From the NCBI RefSeq assembly GCF_003231495.1, contig NZ_PQWO01000003.1:180001-212000 (forward strand): a stretch of DNA of 32,000 nt, written 5' to 3'. Both the position numbers and the translations under genes were made by a program. Positions within the stretch are counted from its first letter, which is position 1. Every line of letters begins with the position of its first letter. The DNA is from Acaryochloris thomasi RCC1774. Lineage in GTDB: Bacteria > Cyanobacteriota > Cyanobacteriia > Thermosynechococcales > Thermosynechococcaceae. A model generated the notes under the pieces. That model saw only the letters and a program-made list of their open reading frames with translations. It ran no database searches and was not told the origin of the DNA. Shown here one piece after another: positions 16,520 to 28,282 of the stretch.

Positions 16520-18328
16520 TTAGCGAAAACAACTAGCCACCTCAGCAGGGGTTAGCAAAGGATAATCTTTCTCTGTCAGTCGGCCTAGATGCTGCGCTAG
16601 CAAAACAGCTTGGGGAGGCGCTAAGAAAGTAGATTTCAGAATCTCAGTCTGGTGGTAAGCCTCTCGCAGTGACGTATCAAGCAAGACTGTCCCCTGCCCC
16701 ATAATGACGGCCCGCTCAGCATAGTCTGGCATTAGATGCAGATGGTGAGTAATTACAATCAGCGTCTTGCCCATCTCATGAAGCTGCCGACTCACCTCCA
16801 AGATTGCATTGGCTCCGCGATCATCCTGACCAATAGTGGGTTCATCCAAAATGATGATCTCTGGCTCCATTGCCAAGATGGCAGCAATCACGATCCGGGC
16901 ACGATCGCCCTTCGGCAGCGAAAGCGGATGAACCTGACGCTCTTCGAGCAAATTCATCGCAGCTAAACTCTCCGTCGCTCGCTGCTGAATCGTTCCCGAG
17001 TCATAGCCTAGATTCCGCAGCGCATAGGTGACTTCTTTCTCAACGGTAGAGTTAAAAATCTGGTTGTCTGGATTCTGCGCCACATAGCCAATCCGGCGCG
17101 CTAACTCACTCATCTTTAGCTGCGCGGTGGACTGCTGCCCCAGCATTACGTTCCCAGACGTAGGCTTGAGCAAATTGAGAAAGTGCTTCACTAGCGTGCT
17201 TTTACCGGCTCCGTTCTGGCCAGCAATCAACAGATATTCACCCGGAAAGATGTCCAAAGAAATATCCGTGAGCGCTTGCGTACCGTCAGTATAGGTATGG
17301 CTTAAATTCCGCACTGAGATTTGGGGGGGGGCACCTCTGGGAGAAGACTTCTCAGCTTTCGGGGCTGGAGATAAGTCCCGCAGACGGATCAATTTCTCTA
17401 GAGCTTCCAGGCCCTCCGAGAGAGTGACAGGCATCTCTTGCAAGGCCGGTTCATTAATCTGGGCCATCGTCTGCGTCACCTGAGGGGGCCGAAGTCCCAG
17501 AGACTGCAAAGGCGCAAACTGACCATAAATTTCTGAGGGCGCTCCGGTGACCTGAAGTTGCCCGTCAGAGAGCAGCGCAAGGCGATCTGCGTAGGTTGCC
17601 ATCTCTTCAGCGGCGTGGCTGACCATGACGACGGTGACGCCTAGGGTTTGATTAAGATGCTTGACGGTGGCGAAGACTTCTTCGGCCCCAACAGGGTCAA
17701 GCTGGGAGGTCGGTTCATCAAGAATGAGGAGATCGGGCTGGAGGGCTAGGGCAGATGCGATCGCAAGTCTCTGTTTTTGCCCCCCCGACAAATCCTGCGG
17801 ATGCTTATCTTCCGTCCCTTCCAATCTCACCGCTGCCAACACGCGGGGAATCCTAGCTCGAATCTCAGGCGCTGGAACCTTGAGATTCTCTAAGGCAAAG
17901 GCAATTTCATTTTCTACTGAGGTCGCCGTGAGCTGTACTTCAGGATCTTCGAAGACAGCGGCAACGTGTCGCGCAAGATCGCTAATCGGATGGCTGAGGG
18001 TATCTTTGCCTGCGATGGAGATGTGACCGAAAAAACGACCGCCATAGAACTGCGGCACAATTCCATTGAGCGTCAGGCAAAGGGTGCTTTTCCCCGCTCC
18101 TGTGGGGCCAATGATACCTAGAAACTCTCCTCGATAGATCTCTAGGGAAATATCTTTCAGAACCGGGGCTGTGGACTTGGGATAAAGGTAGTAGACATTT
18201 TTGAGGGTTGCGATCGCATCCATAGCCACAGGGGTTAAGGGGAAGTCAATAGCATGATCGATCTCAGCGGATAAATGCAACTCAAAGGACTGTGAGCCTA
18301 GATTTTGCTGACTGGGAGTCTCTGTCAA
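16520..18328 (-). CDS. ECF/ABC transporter ATPase with two fused ATP-binding domains (EcfA-EcfA', YkoD-like)
   Basis: Two Walker A motifs (GPTGAGKST, GQNGAGKST). The first domain has the signature LSGGQKQR and Walker B LILDEPT. The second domain has a degenerate signature (LSLPKGDRAR). The CbiO-type block VFEDPEVQL is present. The start is uncertain: TTG 18328 or ATG 18223. Confidence 0.85.
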   Translation of the reverse strand: MTETPSQQNLGSQSFELHLSAEIDHAIDFPLTPVAMDAIATLKNVYYLYPKSTAPVLKDISLEIYRGEFLGIIGPTGAGKSTLCLTLNGIVPQFYGGRFFGHISIAGKDTLSHPISDLARHVAAVFEDPEVQLTATSVENEIAFALENLKVPAPEIRARIPRVLAAVRLEGTEDKHPQDLSGGQKQRLAIASALALQPDLLILDEPTSQLDPVGAEEVFATVKHLNQTLGVTVVMVSHAAEEMATYADRLALLSDGQLQVTGAPSEIYGQFAPLQSLGLRPPQVTQTMAQINEPALQEMPVTLSEGLEALEKLIRLRDLSPAPKAEKSSPRGAPPQISVRNLSHTYTDGTQALTDISLDIFPGEYLLIAGQNGAGKSTLVKHFLNLLKPTSGNVMLGQQSTAQLKMSELARRIGYVAQNPDNQIFNSTVEKEVTYALRNLGYDSGTIQQRATESLAAMNLLEERQVHPLSLPKGDRARIVIAAILAMEPEIIILDEPTIGQDDRGANAILEVSRQLHEMGKTLIVITHHLHLMPDYAERAVIMGQGTVLLDTSLREAYHQTEILKSTFLAPPQAVLLAQHLGRLTEKDYPLLTPAEVASCFR

Positions 18329-18599
18329 AACAGAGCATTGTTTCCATCACAGGAAATAAACAATGATCAACCCAACTCATTCCCGTTCACATTATTTAAT
18401 TCCTCCTTATTAGTTTTTAACGATTTCAGCACAAAATATGGGAGAAGATGAACGCGAGGATAAAAGCAAGCTGTTTTTCCCTATATTTTATTAGCGAAAA
18501 ATCATTGAAGCCGACATTTTTGAGTTTCTCACCCGTCCCATTTCTATAGATATCTGCAATGACCCTTGTTAGGCCAGTCCATAACATCAGGTATTTGCT

Positions 18600-21419
18600 A
18601 TGAGATTTTCTGAGAGTTTCAACGGTATTCTGTCCAAGAAATATTTTCAAGAAAAGCATCAAAAAAATTCAAGATTAAATCAAGAAGTATTTAAAGAATC
18701 CCCAAATTCATTTGGAAAGTATTATCGAGGTCTAGGTCATGGAAGTGCTGCAGTCCTTGCTCAACAATTATCTACTTCTCCCTCTACAAAGAAAGTCTCT
18801 CTACCCAATTTCAAAGGAAAAGGACGAGAAATTTTCTCTCGCCGATTTGATCCTGAACGGCTAAATATCGCTGAGCAGCAGCTAGGCTTTTCTGATGAAT
18901 ACAGTGCCCTCATCAGAAGAATAAAGAGTGCTCTGAGCTTAGAAAATCGTCATGACTTAAGGGACTCTATTGTCCAAGTCGACAAAGAGCTATCACAGAA
19001 AAACCCTCATCAGAACACACCACAACAACAGATAGCCTTTGAAGGATTTCCCTATCTTTCAAATTTTGTGGAGCTATCCAACGATCTCAACATTCACTAT
19101 CTAGATGAAGGGAGTGGAGATCCCATCGTTTTACTTCATGGAGTCCCCACATCTTCTTACCTCTGGCGAGATATTATTCCTGAATTAGCAACAAGAGGAC
19201 GAGTGATTGTTCCAGATCTAATCAATTTTGGGCTTTCAGACAAAACAGAGGATCCACTTAGTTTCGTTGAGCATGGCCAACTTTTTGGTGAATTCGTCGA
19301 CACCTTAGACCTTGAAGACATTACCTTTGTAGGTCATGACTGGGGTGGTCCGATTGGATTAAACTACATTGTTGATAATCCTGACAATGTGGAAGCACTG
19401 GCATTCTTTGAGAGTCCCATCGTTCCTTTACCAAATGTTGACGCCCTCAGAGCATTACCGGGTAATTTTTTCGATACTTTTATCGACCCTGCAAACAGTG
19501 CATCCAATATTGTTGATGAAAATTTATTTATCGAAGGATATTTATTTAATCCTGAGTTCGGTGGGGTCGCGGAAAGCCCCACCGACGCGGAGAAGACAAT
19601 TTACAGAGATCCTTTTTCAAATGCGGAAGATAGAGATCAGCTCCTTTCTTTTCCACTAGAGATACCACTCCTAAATACAACCGGTCATCCCGTCTATGAT
19701 CCTGATGGTGTAGGTGGCTTACCTCCTGAACCCGTTCCGAATATTGCCGAGTTTTTGAACTTCGCGAACTACCTAAGTACAACAGATATTCCTCGACTGC
19801 TCATCGCCGGAACACCAGGCTTTGCTCCAGCAGACGTGGTCCTTCCCCTTGCTGAAGCCATCCCTGGTCTTGAGGTACAGACCGTGGGAGATGAGATCAA
19901 CAATCCGGCCTTTCACTTTTTACAAGAAGATGTACCAGAGCAACTGAGCGAAGTTTTAGGAGCATGGATTGATTCGACAAACGCTCCTCCTGAACCTGAA
20001 CCGCCCTCAGCAACAACCTTACAAATTACCGTAGAGAACTTAGCGCCGGAAAATGGCATTGGCTTTGCGGCCCTATGGTTTGGCCTCCACGATGGCAGCT
20101 TTGATACATTCAACCCTGACGATCCAGCTTCAGAAGCCCTAGAGTTCCTGTTTGAAGATGGTTTAGTCGGCTTAGAAGAGGCTGTCTTGCCTGGGATTTT
20201 AGAAGACATAATTGCCGCCGGTCTAGATCCAGCTCAATTGCCGCTGTCTATCCAACAGGCGTTGACTTTAGGGCTAGATTTACCGACGCTACCTCCTCCT
20301 CCAGGAACGCTCGCGGGAGAATTCCTCCTCGATCCTGCAGGCGCAAATGGTGGAACACAGGGGATGGTAGTAACCAGCATCAGAACCAATCCGGAACTGT
20401 TTGACTTGCTCGACGACCCGAGTGCCTTCCCCCAAAATGTTTTAGACAGTGTCACGAACCCATTCTTCTTTATCCAAGCCTCGGGAGAGACTGAAACCTT
20501 TACGGTCACACTCAACGGCACACCAGAGGAAAATCGCTACTTCAGCTTTGCCTCAATGCTGTTCCCCACCAATGATGGCTTTATCGGCAATGATGATCCT
20601 GAAGCGATAGAAATCTTCGATGCGTCAGGCAATTTCGTCGGTGCAGATTTTATTGTGACGGGTGCAGATGCCTGGGATGGTGGCACAGAGGTTAATGACG
20701 AAGCTCCCGAAAGCCTCCTTTATACCTTCGAAGCATTTGGAGACGGTATTGATGAAGGTGGAACCATTCAACCTTTCCCTGGTTTTCGGCCTCCGGGTGA
20801 TGGAGGAGCCTTAGACTTTGAATTCAATGGCAATCTAGTGGCTGAGAATGCTGATTTTTCCAGTACAGACCCAATTGCCAGAATCACTGTTACAGCGGTC
20901 GATGCGCCAGAAGTGCCGACTTCACCAGAGCTTGAGCCAGATTTTGGCACCGATGGTGACGACATTTTAGAAGTCGCCAATAGCAACGAATTAGTTTTTG
21001 CAGGAGCTGGCAACGATTTAATTGATGCTTCCCCTAGTCAAGGGGGAAATCGTATCTTTGGCGGGGCCGGGAACGACACCTTTATCTTAGGGACAGGAGA
21101 TGTCTCGGCGGGTGGAGAAGAGAACGATCGCTTCTTCAATCAAGCTGGCGGTGAGAATCAGGTCGCTGGGGGAACCGGGGCGGACCAATTTTGGATAGCG
21201 GTGGCGGATCTACCGGGCGTAGCTTTGGTGATTACTGATTTTGAGCTAGAGGCTGATGTGATTGGTATCGCAGGGATTGGTGCGTCATCTGCGGCTGACT
21301 TAAGTTTTAGTCAGGAGGGTGATAGCGCAATCATTAGTTTCGGCAATACGGATTTAGCGGTTTTACGAGGTATTGAGAGCAATAGCCTTGAGCAAAATGC
21401 AACCTTTGCATTTGTCTGA
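18600..21419 (+). CDS. multidomain secreted-type protein: haloalkane-dehalogenase-like alpha/beta hydrolase + spondin_N-like domain + RTX calcium-binding repeats
   Basis: HLD-II-like motifs LLHGVPTSSYLWRDIIPE, GHDWGG and FHFLQEDVP. Spondin-like motifs VENLAP..LWFGLHDGSFD, SMLFPTNDGF and DGGTEVNDE. C-terminal GGxGxD-type repeats (AGAGNDLI, GGAGNDTF, GGTGADQF). No N-terminal signal peptide. Confidence 0.8.
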   Translation: MRFSESFNGILSKKYFQEKHQKNSRLNQEVFKESPNSFGKYYRGLGHGSAAVLAQQLSTSPSTKKVSLPNFKGKGREIFSRRFDPERLNIAEQQLGFSDEYSALIRRIKSALSLENRHDLRDSIVQVDKELSQKNPHQNTPQQQIAFEGFPYLSNFVELSNDLNIHYLDEGSGDPIVLLHGVPTSSYLWRDIIPELATRGRVIVPDLINFGLSDKTEDPLSFVEHGQLFGEFVDTLDLEDITFVGHDWGGPIGLNYIVDNPDNVEALAFFESPIVPLPNVDALRALPGNFFDTFIDPANSASNIVDENLFIEGYLFNPEFGGVAESPTDAEKTIYRDPFSNAEDRDQLLSFPLEIPLLNTTGHPVYDPDGVGGLPPEPVPNIAEFLNFANYLSTTDIPRLLIAGTPGFAPADVVLPLAEAIPGLEVQTVGDEINNPAFHFLQEDVPEQLSEVLGAWIDSTNAPPEPEPPSATTLQITVENLAPENGIGFAALWFGLHDGSFDTFNPDDPASEALEFLFEDGLVGLEEAVLPGILEDIIAAGLDPAQLPLSIQQALTLGLDLPTLPPPPGTLAGEFLLDPAGANGGTQGMVVTSIRTNPELFDLLDDPSAFPQNVLDSVTNPFFFIQASGETETFTVTLNGTPEENRYFSFASMLFPTNDGFIGNDDPEAIEIFDASGNFVGADFIVTGADAWDGGTEVNDEAPESLLYTFEAFGDGIDEGGTIQPFPGFRPPGDGGALDFEFNGNLVAENADFSSTDPIARITVTAVDAPEVPTSPELEPDFGTDGDDILEVANSNELVFAGAGNDLIDASPSQGGNRIFGGAGNDTFILGTGDVSAGGEENDRFFNQAGGENQVAGGTGADQFWIAVADLPGVALVITDFELEADVIGIAGIGASSAADLSFSQEGDSAIISFGNTDLAVLRGIESNSLEQNATFAFV

Positions 21420-21429
21420 GGATGGTGGT

Positions 21430-21453
21430 TTAGGGTTGCGATCGCAACCCTAA
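21430..21453. terminator. 24-nt perfect palindrome centred on HIP1, just after the 939-aa ORF
   Basis: ttagggttgcga|tcgcaaccctaa is a perfect palindrome that begins 11 nt after the stop at 21419. No clear T-tract follows, so terminator function is uncertain. Confidence 0.35.
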
Positions 21454-21513
21454 AAGAGAACCTGAAGAATAGCTGCCAGAGTGATGGAGATAAGCCGTTC
21501 AATATAGTTCAAA

Positions 21514-21544
21514 GGTCAGTGAGGCTTAGAAAGCCTCACTGACC
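21514..21544. terminator. bidirectional hairpin terminator between the convergent 939-aa ORF and katG
   Basis: Perfect 14-bp stem ggtcagtgaggctt / aagcctcactgacc with a 3-nt loop, 19 nt from the katG stop. Confidence 0.6.
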
Positions 21545-21562
21545 GACACCGTTCCGAGAACG

Positions 21563-23974
<2,412 letters not shown>

Positions 23975-24098
23975 TCACTCACTTTTGAAGCAGGGTATCC
24001 TGCTCTTATCCACTTATATCAGAATAGTTCTAACTTAAGAGTAAATAAACAAAAATAATTATTCAGATTTAAGTTTTACTCAGAAAGATGAATATCTG

Positions 24099-24127
24099 TA
24101 GACTAGAGAAGTGGGGCTTGTTATAAT
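24099..24127 (+). promoter_or_regulatory. candidate sigma70-type promoter for the Fur/PerR-like gene
   Basis: TAGACT-N17-TATAAT, with the -10 at 24122-24127, 58 nt upstream of the ATG at 24185. It lies in an AT-rich divergent intergenic region. Confidence 0.3.
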
Positions 24128-24184
24128 AAATCCTTAAACTTACGCATTGAGGTGGGGTTTAGCGCGTCTCCGGAGGAATCATCG

Positions 24185-24610
24185 ATGCAGCAAACGGCAG
24201 ATAGAATTGTTCAGCAAATGAAGTCGAAGGGATTGCGGGTAACGCCCCAACGCTTTGCAGTCTATGCCCACTTACTGGCGCGTTCGGACCATCCGACGGC
24301 AGAGCAGATTTCAAGTCATCTGAATCAAGACGTACCGACCTCTTCTCAGGCAACTGTGTACAACTCGCTCCAGGCCCTGCGAGAGGTGGGACTGGTGCAA
24401 GAGGTTCTCTTGGAAGAAGGAGTTTGCCGTTATGATGCCAACATTGCCCCTCACCACCATTTTCGATGTCAGTCCTGCGGTGTAATTGAAGATATCGCCT
24501 GGGAAAAGCTCCAGAATTTAGAATTCAAGGGGCTGCGCTCAGGATTGCAGGTAGAGAATTATGAGATCACCGTGCGTGGATATTGCGATTGCTGCAGCCC
24601 TAGAAGGTAA
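24185..24610 (+). CDS. Fur family transcriptional regulator, PerR-like
   Basis: It has the winged-helix N-terminus RVTPQRFAVYAHLL, the HHHF metal site, and two CxxC pairs (CQSC, CDCC). It is divergent from katG. A GGAGG SD precedes the ATG at 24185. Confidence 0.8.
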   Translation: MQQTADRIVQQMKSKGLRVTPQRFAVYAHLLARSDHPTAEQISSHLNQDVPTSSQATVYNSLQALREVGLVQEVLLEEGVCRYDANIAPHHHFRCQSCGVIEDIAWEKLQNLEFKGLRSGLQVENYEITVRGYCDCCSPRR

Positions 24611-24676
24611 GCAACAGCAATACATCACCCACAAGCTACCCTGGCAGACCTTTGCATCATTCAATGCTTGGCAAGG

Positions 24677-25462
24677 TTAATAAAGAGCAGCGGGTGGCTT
24701 AATCAAAAAGAGCACCCGCAACCCAGTAATCACCCGTGCACCAATTAGCGTCCCAACGACACAACGCACGACCTGCTCAAAAGGAATAACCGGAATCAGC
24801 GTAATCCAGATCTCCTGGGGCCAGTTGAAAACCGCATAGGAAATACTCATCTGGAACAGATGCGCGACGCCTCCAGAAATCCAGGTTCCTAAAACTAGGC
24901 CCATCGCCAACTGGATCAGATCAGAACTTTGCAGCCAGCGGCCCACCAGCTTACGAACAGGCAAAATCAGAAAAATCAAAGCTGACCAGTCAATAAAAGT
25001 GCCAGCAACAAATATTTTGAGGTCTACCCCATTCTGAATCACAGCCCGAGCCGCCAGAAATAAATAGGCCGGTACTGCAAAACCCACCAAAATCCAGCAC
25101 CACCAACCCCGCCGTGCCCCCATTAAGCCAGCAGCAAGACTCGCAACAGCAGCCCCTCCCACCGTCAGCGGCAAAATCCCAGCCGTATAGGGAGCCAAAA
25201 AGGCACCGATAAACGTGCCAATACTGCAGGCCACAGCCCCTGCTACTGGTCCTAATAAAAAGCCAACTAAAGGTAGAATGCCGCTGCTCAAGGGAATCGC
25301 GCTCACAGACGTCCCCAGGGTCACCGAGAACGGAATAAACGAGAGCGCCGTCACCACAGACGCCAGCACAACAATATACGCAATCGGCGTGCCATCAATC
25401 GAAGCACTCCCCAAAAAGCGAACCTCACGCTCCTCAGCCTCGGGGGGAATCTGACCTGTCAT
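24677..25462 (-). CDS. polytopic membrane protein, possibly an ECF transporter S component
   Basis: 261 aa with 6-7 Gly/Ala-rich helices (LLGPVAGAVACSIGTFIGAF). The S-component idea rests only on general resemblance and on the ECF A and T genes sharing its strand. Confidence 0.55.
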   Translation of the reverse strand: MTGQIPPEAEEREVRFLGSASIDGTPIAYIVVLASVVTALSFIPFSVTLGTSVSAIPLSSGILPLVGFLLGPVAGAVACSIGTFIGAFLAPYTAGILPLTVGGAAVASLAAGLMGARRGWWCWILVGFAVPAYLFLAARAVIQNGVDLKIFVAGTFIDWSALIFLILPVRKLVGRWLQSSDLIQLAMGLVLGTWISGGVAHLFQMSISYAVFNWPQEIWITLIPVIPFEQVVRCVVGTLIGARVITGLRVLFLIKPPAALY

Positions 25463-25521
25463 CGCACCACACTTTTCCGCTAACCTTTGGGGAAGCGTAA
25501 CACTATATTCTCAGCTCCGCC

Positions 25522-26409
25522 GTGCAACTTTGTCTGCGACCGACTCCCCTCAAACCCGGAGACCGCCTTTGGGTGACGATGCCCAGCGGTCCCCTACGAG
25601 ATCCAGACCCCTTTCATAAAGGAATCGAGATGTGGAGGGATCGTGGCTATCAGATCGATCTATCCCCCAGCTATAAGCAGCAGTGGGCTTACCTCGCAGG
25701 CACAGACCCAAAACGGCGGGCCTCGCTTGAACAAGGACTGAGAGATCAGCGATACCGGGCGATTCTCTGTGGCCGGGGTGGCTATGGCGGTGCCCGACTG
25801 CTCGAAACATGGAAGTGGCCTGCTGTACCGGAAAAATGGCTGATTGGCTTTTCCGATATCACCAGCCTACTCTGGAGCTTGGCACAAACCGGCATATCTG
25901 GTGTTCATGGCCCCGTTCTCACAACGCTAGCCCAAGAGCCAGACTGGTCAGTACAGCGTCTATTTGACTGGGTTGAAGGTCGAGCCATCGCTCCGCTCAA
26001 GGGCGCTGGCTGGGGCGGTGGCCGTACCACCGGTAAACTTCTGCCAGCCAATCTAACTGTAGCCACTCACCTGCTTGGGACTGCCGTGCAGCCTGATTTA
26101 TCCGGTGTCATTTTAGCCTTTGAAGACGTAGGCGAAGCTCCCTATCGCATCGACCGCATGCTAACCCAATGGCGAATGACGGGGGCACTACAGTCCATCC
26201 GAGGAATTGCTCTCGGGCGGTTCAGTGACTGTGAGAATCCAGGGGAAGAAACCGTTACAGAAACATTACGCGATCGCATCGGCGACTTGGGCATTCCAAT
26301 CGTCGCGGACTTACCCTTTGGCCATCAAGGTGCCAACGCAGCACTTCCGGTTGGCGTAATGGCGCATCTTGACGGCAACCAAGGAAGTCTTGAAATTGAC
26401 AGCACTTAG
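25522..26409 (+). CDS. ldcA: LD-carboxypeptidase (peptidase S66, muramoyltetrapeptide carboxypeptidase)
   Basis: It has LKPGDRLWV..PSGP, ILCGRGGYGGARLL and the nucleophile motif GFSDITSL. GTG start. Confidence 0.8.
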   Translation: MQLCLRPTPLKPGDRLWVTMPSGPLRDPDPFHKGIEMWRDRGYQIDLSPSYKQQWAYLAGTDPKRRASLEQGLRDQRYRAILCGRGGYGGARLLETWKWPAVPEKWLIGFSDITSLLWSLAQTGISGVHGPVLTTLAQEPDWSVQRLFDWVEGRAIAPLKGAGWGGGRTTGKLLPANLTVATHLLGTAVQPDLSGVILAFEDVGEAPYRIDRMLTQWRMTGALQSIRGIALGRFSDCENPGEETVTETLRDRIGDLGIPIVADLPFGHQGANAALPVGVMAHLDGNQGSLEIDST

Positions 26410-27087
26410 GCTCACCAAACCTTAAACACCTGTCTCAAAAGAGATCTTTGTGTTTACCCAATCCACTGAACTTCATCTTCGTCAGGTGACTAGATTCGAG
26501 TCGTTTTCGCTTGCGATAGAGTAACCTTCGCGTCTAGTTTAGGATCCAGCTGAATATTGCTCTTTTCACGCTGAGATGGGGCGGAATGCTTTTTCATTAG
26601 CATCCCCGCAAAGCATTCTTCAGGGAATAAATGGAGCAGGAAAAAATCCAGCGTCGGCTGCTTCATCAGCCCGAGCAAAACGACGGCTGTTATCGCTGCT
26701 CACAACAGATGCGCTCAACTTGGTCTGTACTCAACAATGCTGCAGCTCACCCAACCAAAGCTTATGGACTTGACCAAGCAAATTGGGCCACTGCTCAACG
26801 AAGAAATCAGCTGTCTCCTATTTGAGCTAGCCGCGAAGGGCTAAGATCTCTCCAAAGAGCAGATTGGCATAAGAAGATTCGTCATGAGCTGCGACTTCAA
26901 TCCGTGCCTCAGAAATCAATTCAGCCCTCAGCAAAAGCTTACCCAAGCGGCGAGGAGGACTCGATTTTAAACCTACCTAGGCTTTGTGATTTAGCGATAA
27001 CGGCGCACACCACCTTATAAAGGCCCTTTCTTAGCTCAGCAGAAAACTCGAGGCAAATTAGAGAAAGTAATGGATGTGGTGAGCAAC

Positions 27088-27675
27088 TTACTGGATCTGC
27101 TCGTTGGGAGAAGTCGTAACAGGCTGCAGTTCAGGCTTGGCTGTGGAGGACTCTAAACTTACCTGGTAGACCTGCCATACGGCGGTACCGCCTAATGCCG
27201 TCATCGTGCATAGTAACAACCCCGAGAGAATTTTAATTTGACTGCGAAGCTGCTTGATCTCTCGAACCTGTGAGCGAGGAATTGCGCTTTTTTGAAGTAG
27301 TGCGGCTTCAGAATTATCAGATGACACGACTTCAGCAACGGATGGAACAGGCTCCGGATCCGGATCCGGCCGGAGCGAAACCTTGGACTGTAGCCAATTG
27401 ACGATAAGAGTCGGGCAATTCTTCTTAAACCACCTTAGAGCAAGAACTTTTGCAGCTGGTTTCGACATTCCAGCCAAAGTGCGGGCAACACGATTCTGGC
27501 GCTCTCCAGTTACTTTTTGGTTAATTAGATTGACGGCACCTACGTCGTATAGACAACCAATAATTAATTTCAAGGTCGTCTCTTCATTCTCGACTAAATG
27601 ATTCAGCAGCAGCAAAACGTTCTGCATTTGCTCTGCTTCTTTCTGACGATCCTTGGATATTTTGTCGATGGCCAT
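27088..27675 (-). CDS. hypothetical protein with C-terminal TM helix
   Basis: 195-aa ORF with a plausible composition, a PDPDPEP linker and a hydrophobic helix ILSGLLLCTMTALGGTAVW. I recognise no family. Confidence 0.5.
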   Translation of the reverse strand: MAIDKISKDRQKEAEQMQNVLLLLNHLVENEETTLKLIIGCLYDVGAVNLINQKVTGERQNRVARTLAGMSKPAAKVLALRWFKKNCPTLIVNWLQSKVSLRPDPDPEPVPSVAEVVSSDNSEAALLQKSAIPRSQVREIKQLRSQIKILSGLLLCTMTALGGTAVWQVYQVSLESSTAKPELQPVTTSPNEQIQ

Positions 27676-27994
27676 GGGTCTACTGAGAGTGACGTCTTTA
27701 GTATGGAAGAAGAGCCATCAGTTTTCTTCGATGGCTGTTGGCCAACCCTTAGGCCGACCGCAGGACTGACGCTCCTCTCTCACAGACTCAGAAAACATCG
27801 CATAGCCTCAACCTGCTCCATAGAGCTGTCTACAAGCCAATGTATGCAGATCTAACTCAATATATAGGAACCATGGAACCTACACCTACCTGATTGTAGA
27901 CGCACCTCAAATTTTTGAGCAAGATTGAAGGCCAAGCTTTGTATCCCCTACCATAAGGGAAGATACAACCCTACTCTCTTCGAGAAGAAATAGC

Positions 27995-28276
27995 ATGCCT
28001 GTACGACTTGACAAAGCAGCCATCACAGAAAAGACATCCACTTTACCAGACTGGAAAACGGATGGCGAAACCCTTCACCAAACAAAAAAATTTCAAGACT
28101 TTGTAGAAGCGATCGCATTTGTCAATAAACTTGTATCGCCAGCTGAAGCAATTGGCCACCACCCCGACATCAGCATTAGCTACAACAAAGTCTCAATCAC
28201 AATCACAACGCACGACGCGGGAGGACTAACTGAGCTGGACTTTCAACTCGCTCAGACAATTTCTAATCTAGTCTAA
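27995..28276 (+). CDS. 4a-hydroxytetrahydrobiopterin (pterin-4a-carbinolamine) dehydratase
   Basis: 93 aa with the PCD/DCoH pattern: DWK...F.DF..A..FVN ... HHPD ... V.I...TH. Confidence 0.85.
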   Translation: MPVRLDKAAITEKTSTLPDWKTDGETLHQTKKFQDFVEAIAFVNKLVSPAEAIGHHPDISISYNKVSITITTHDAGGLTELDFQLAQTISNLV

Positions 28277-28282
28277 ACAGAC

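Noticed and set aside
18426-18662. 78-aa minus-strand ORF between the ECF ATPase and the 939-aa gene
   Set aside because: It lies in AT-rich divergent promoter DNA and overlaps the 5' end of the large ORF. It has no motif support.
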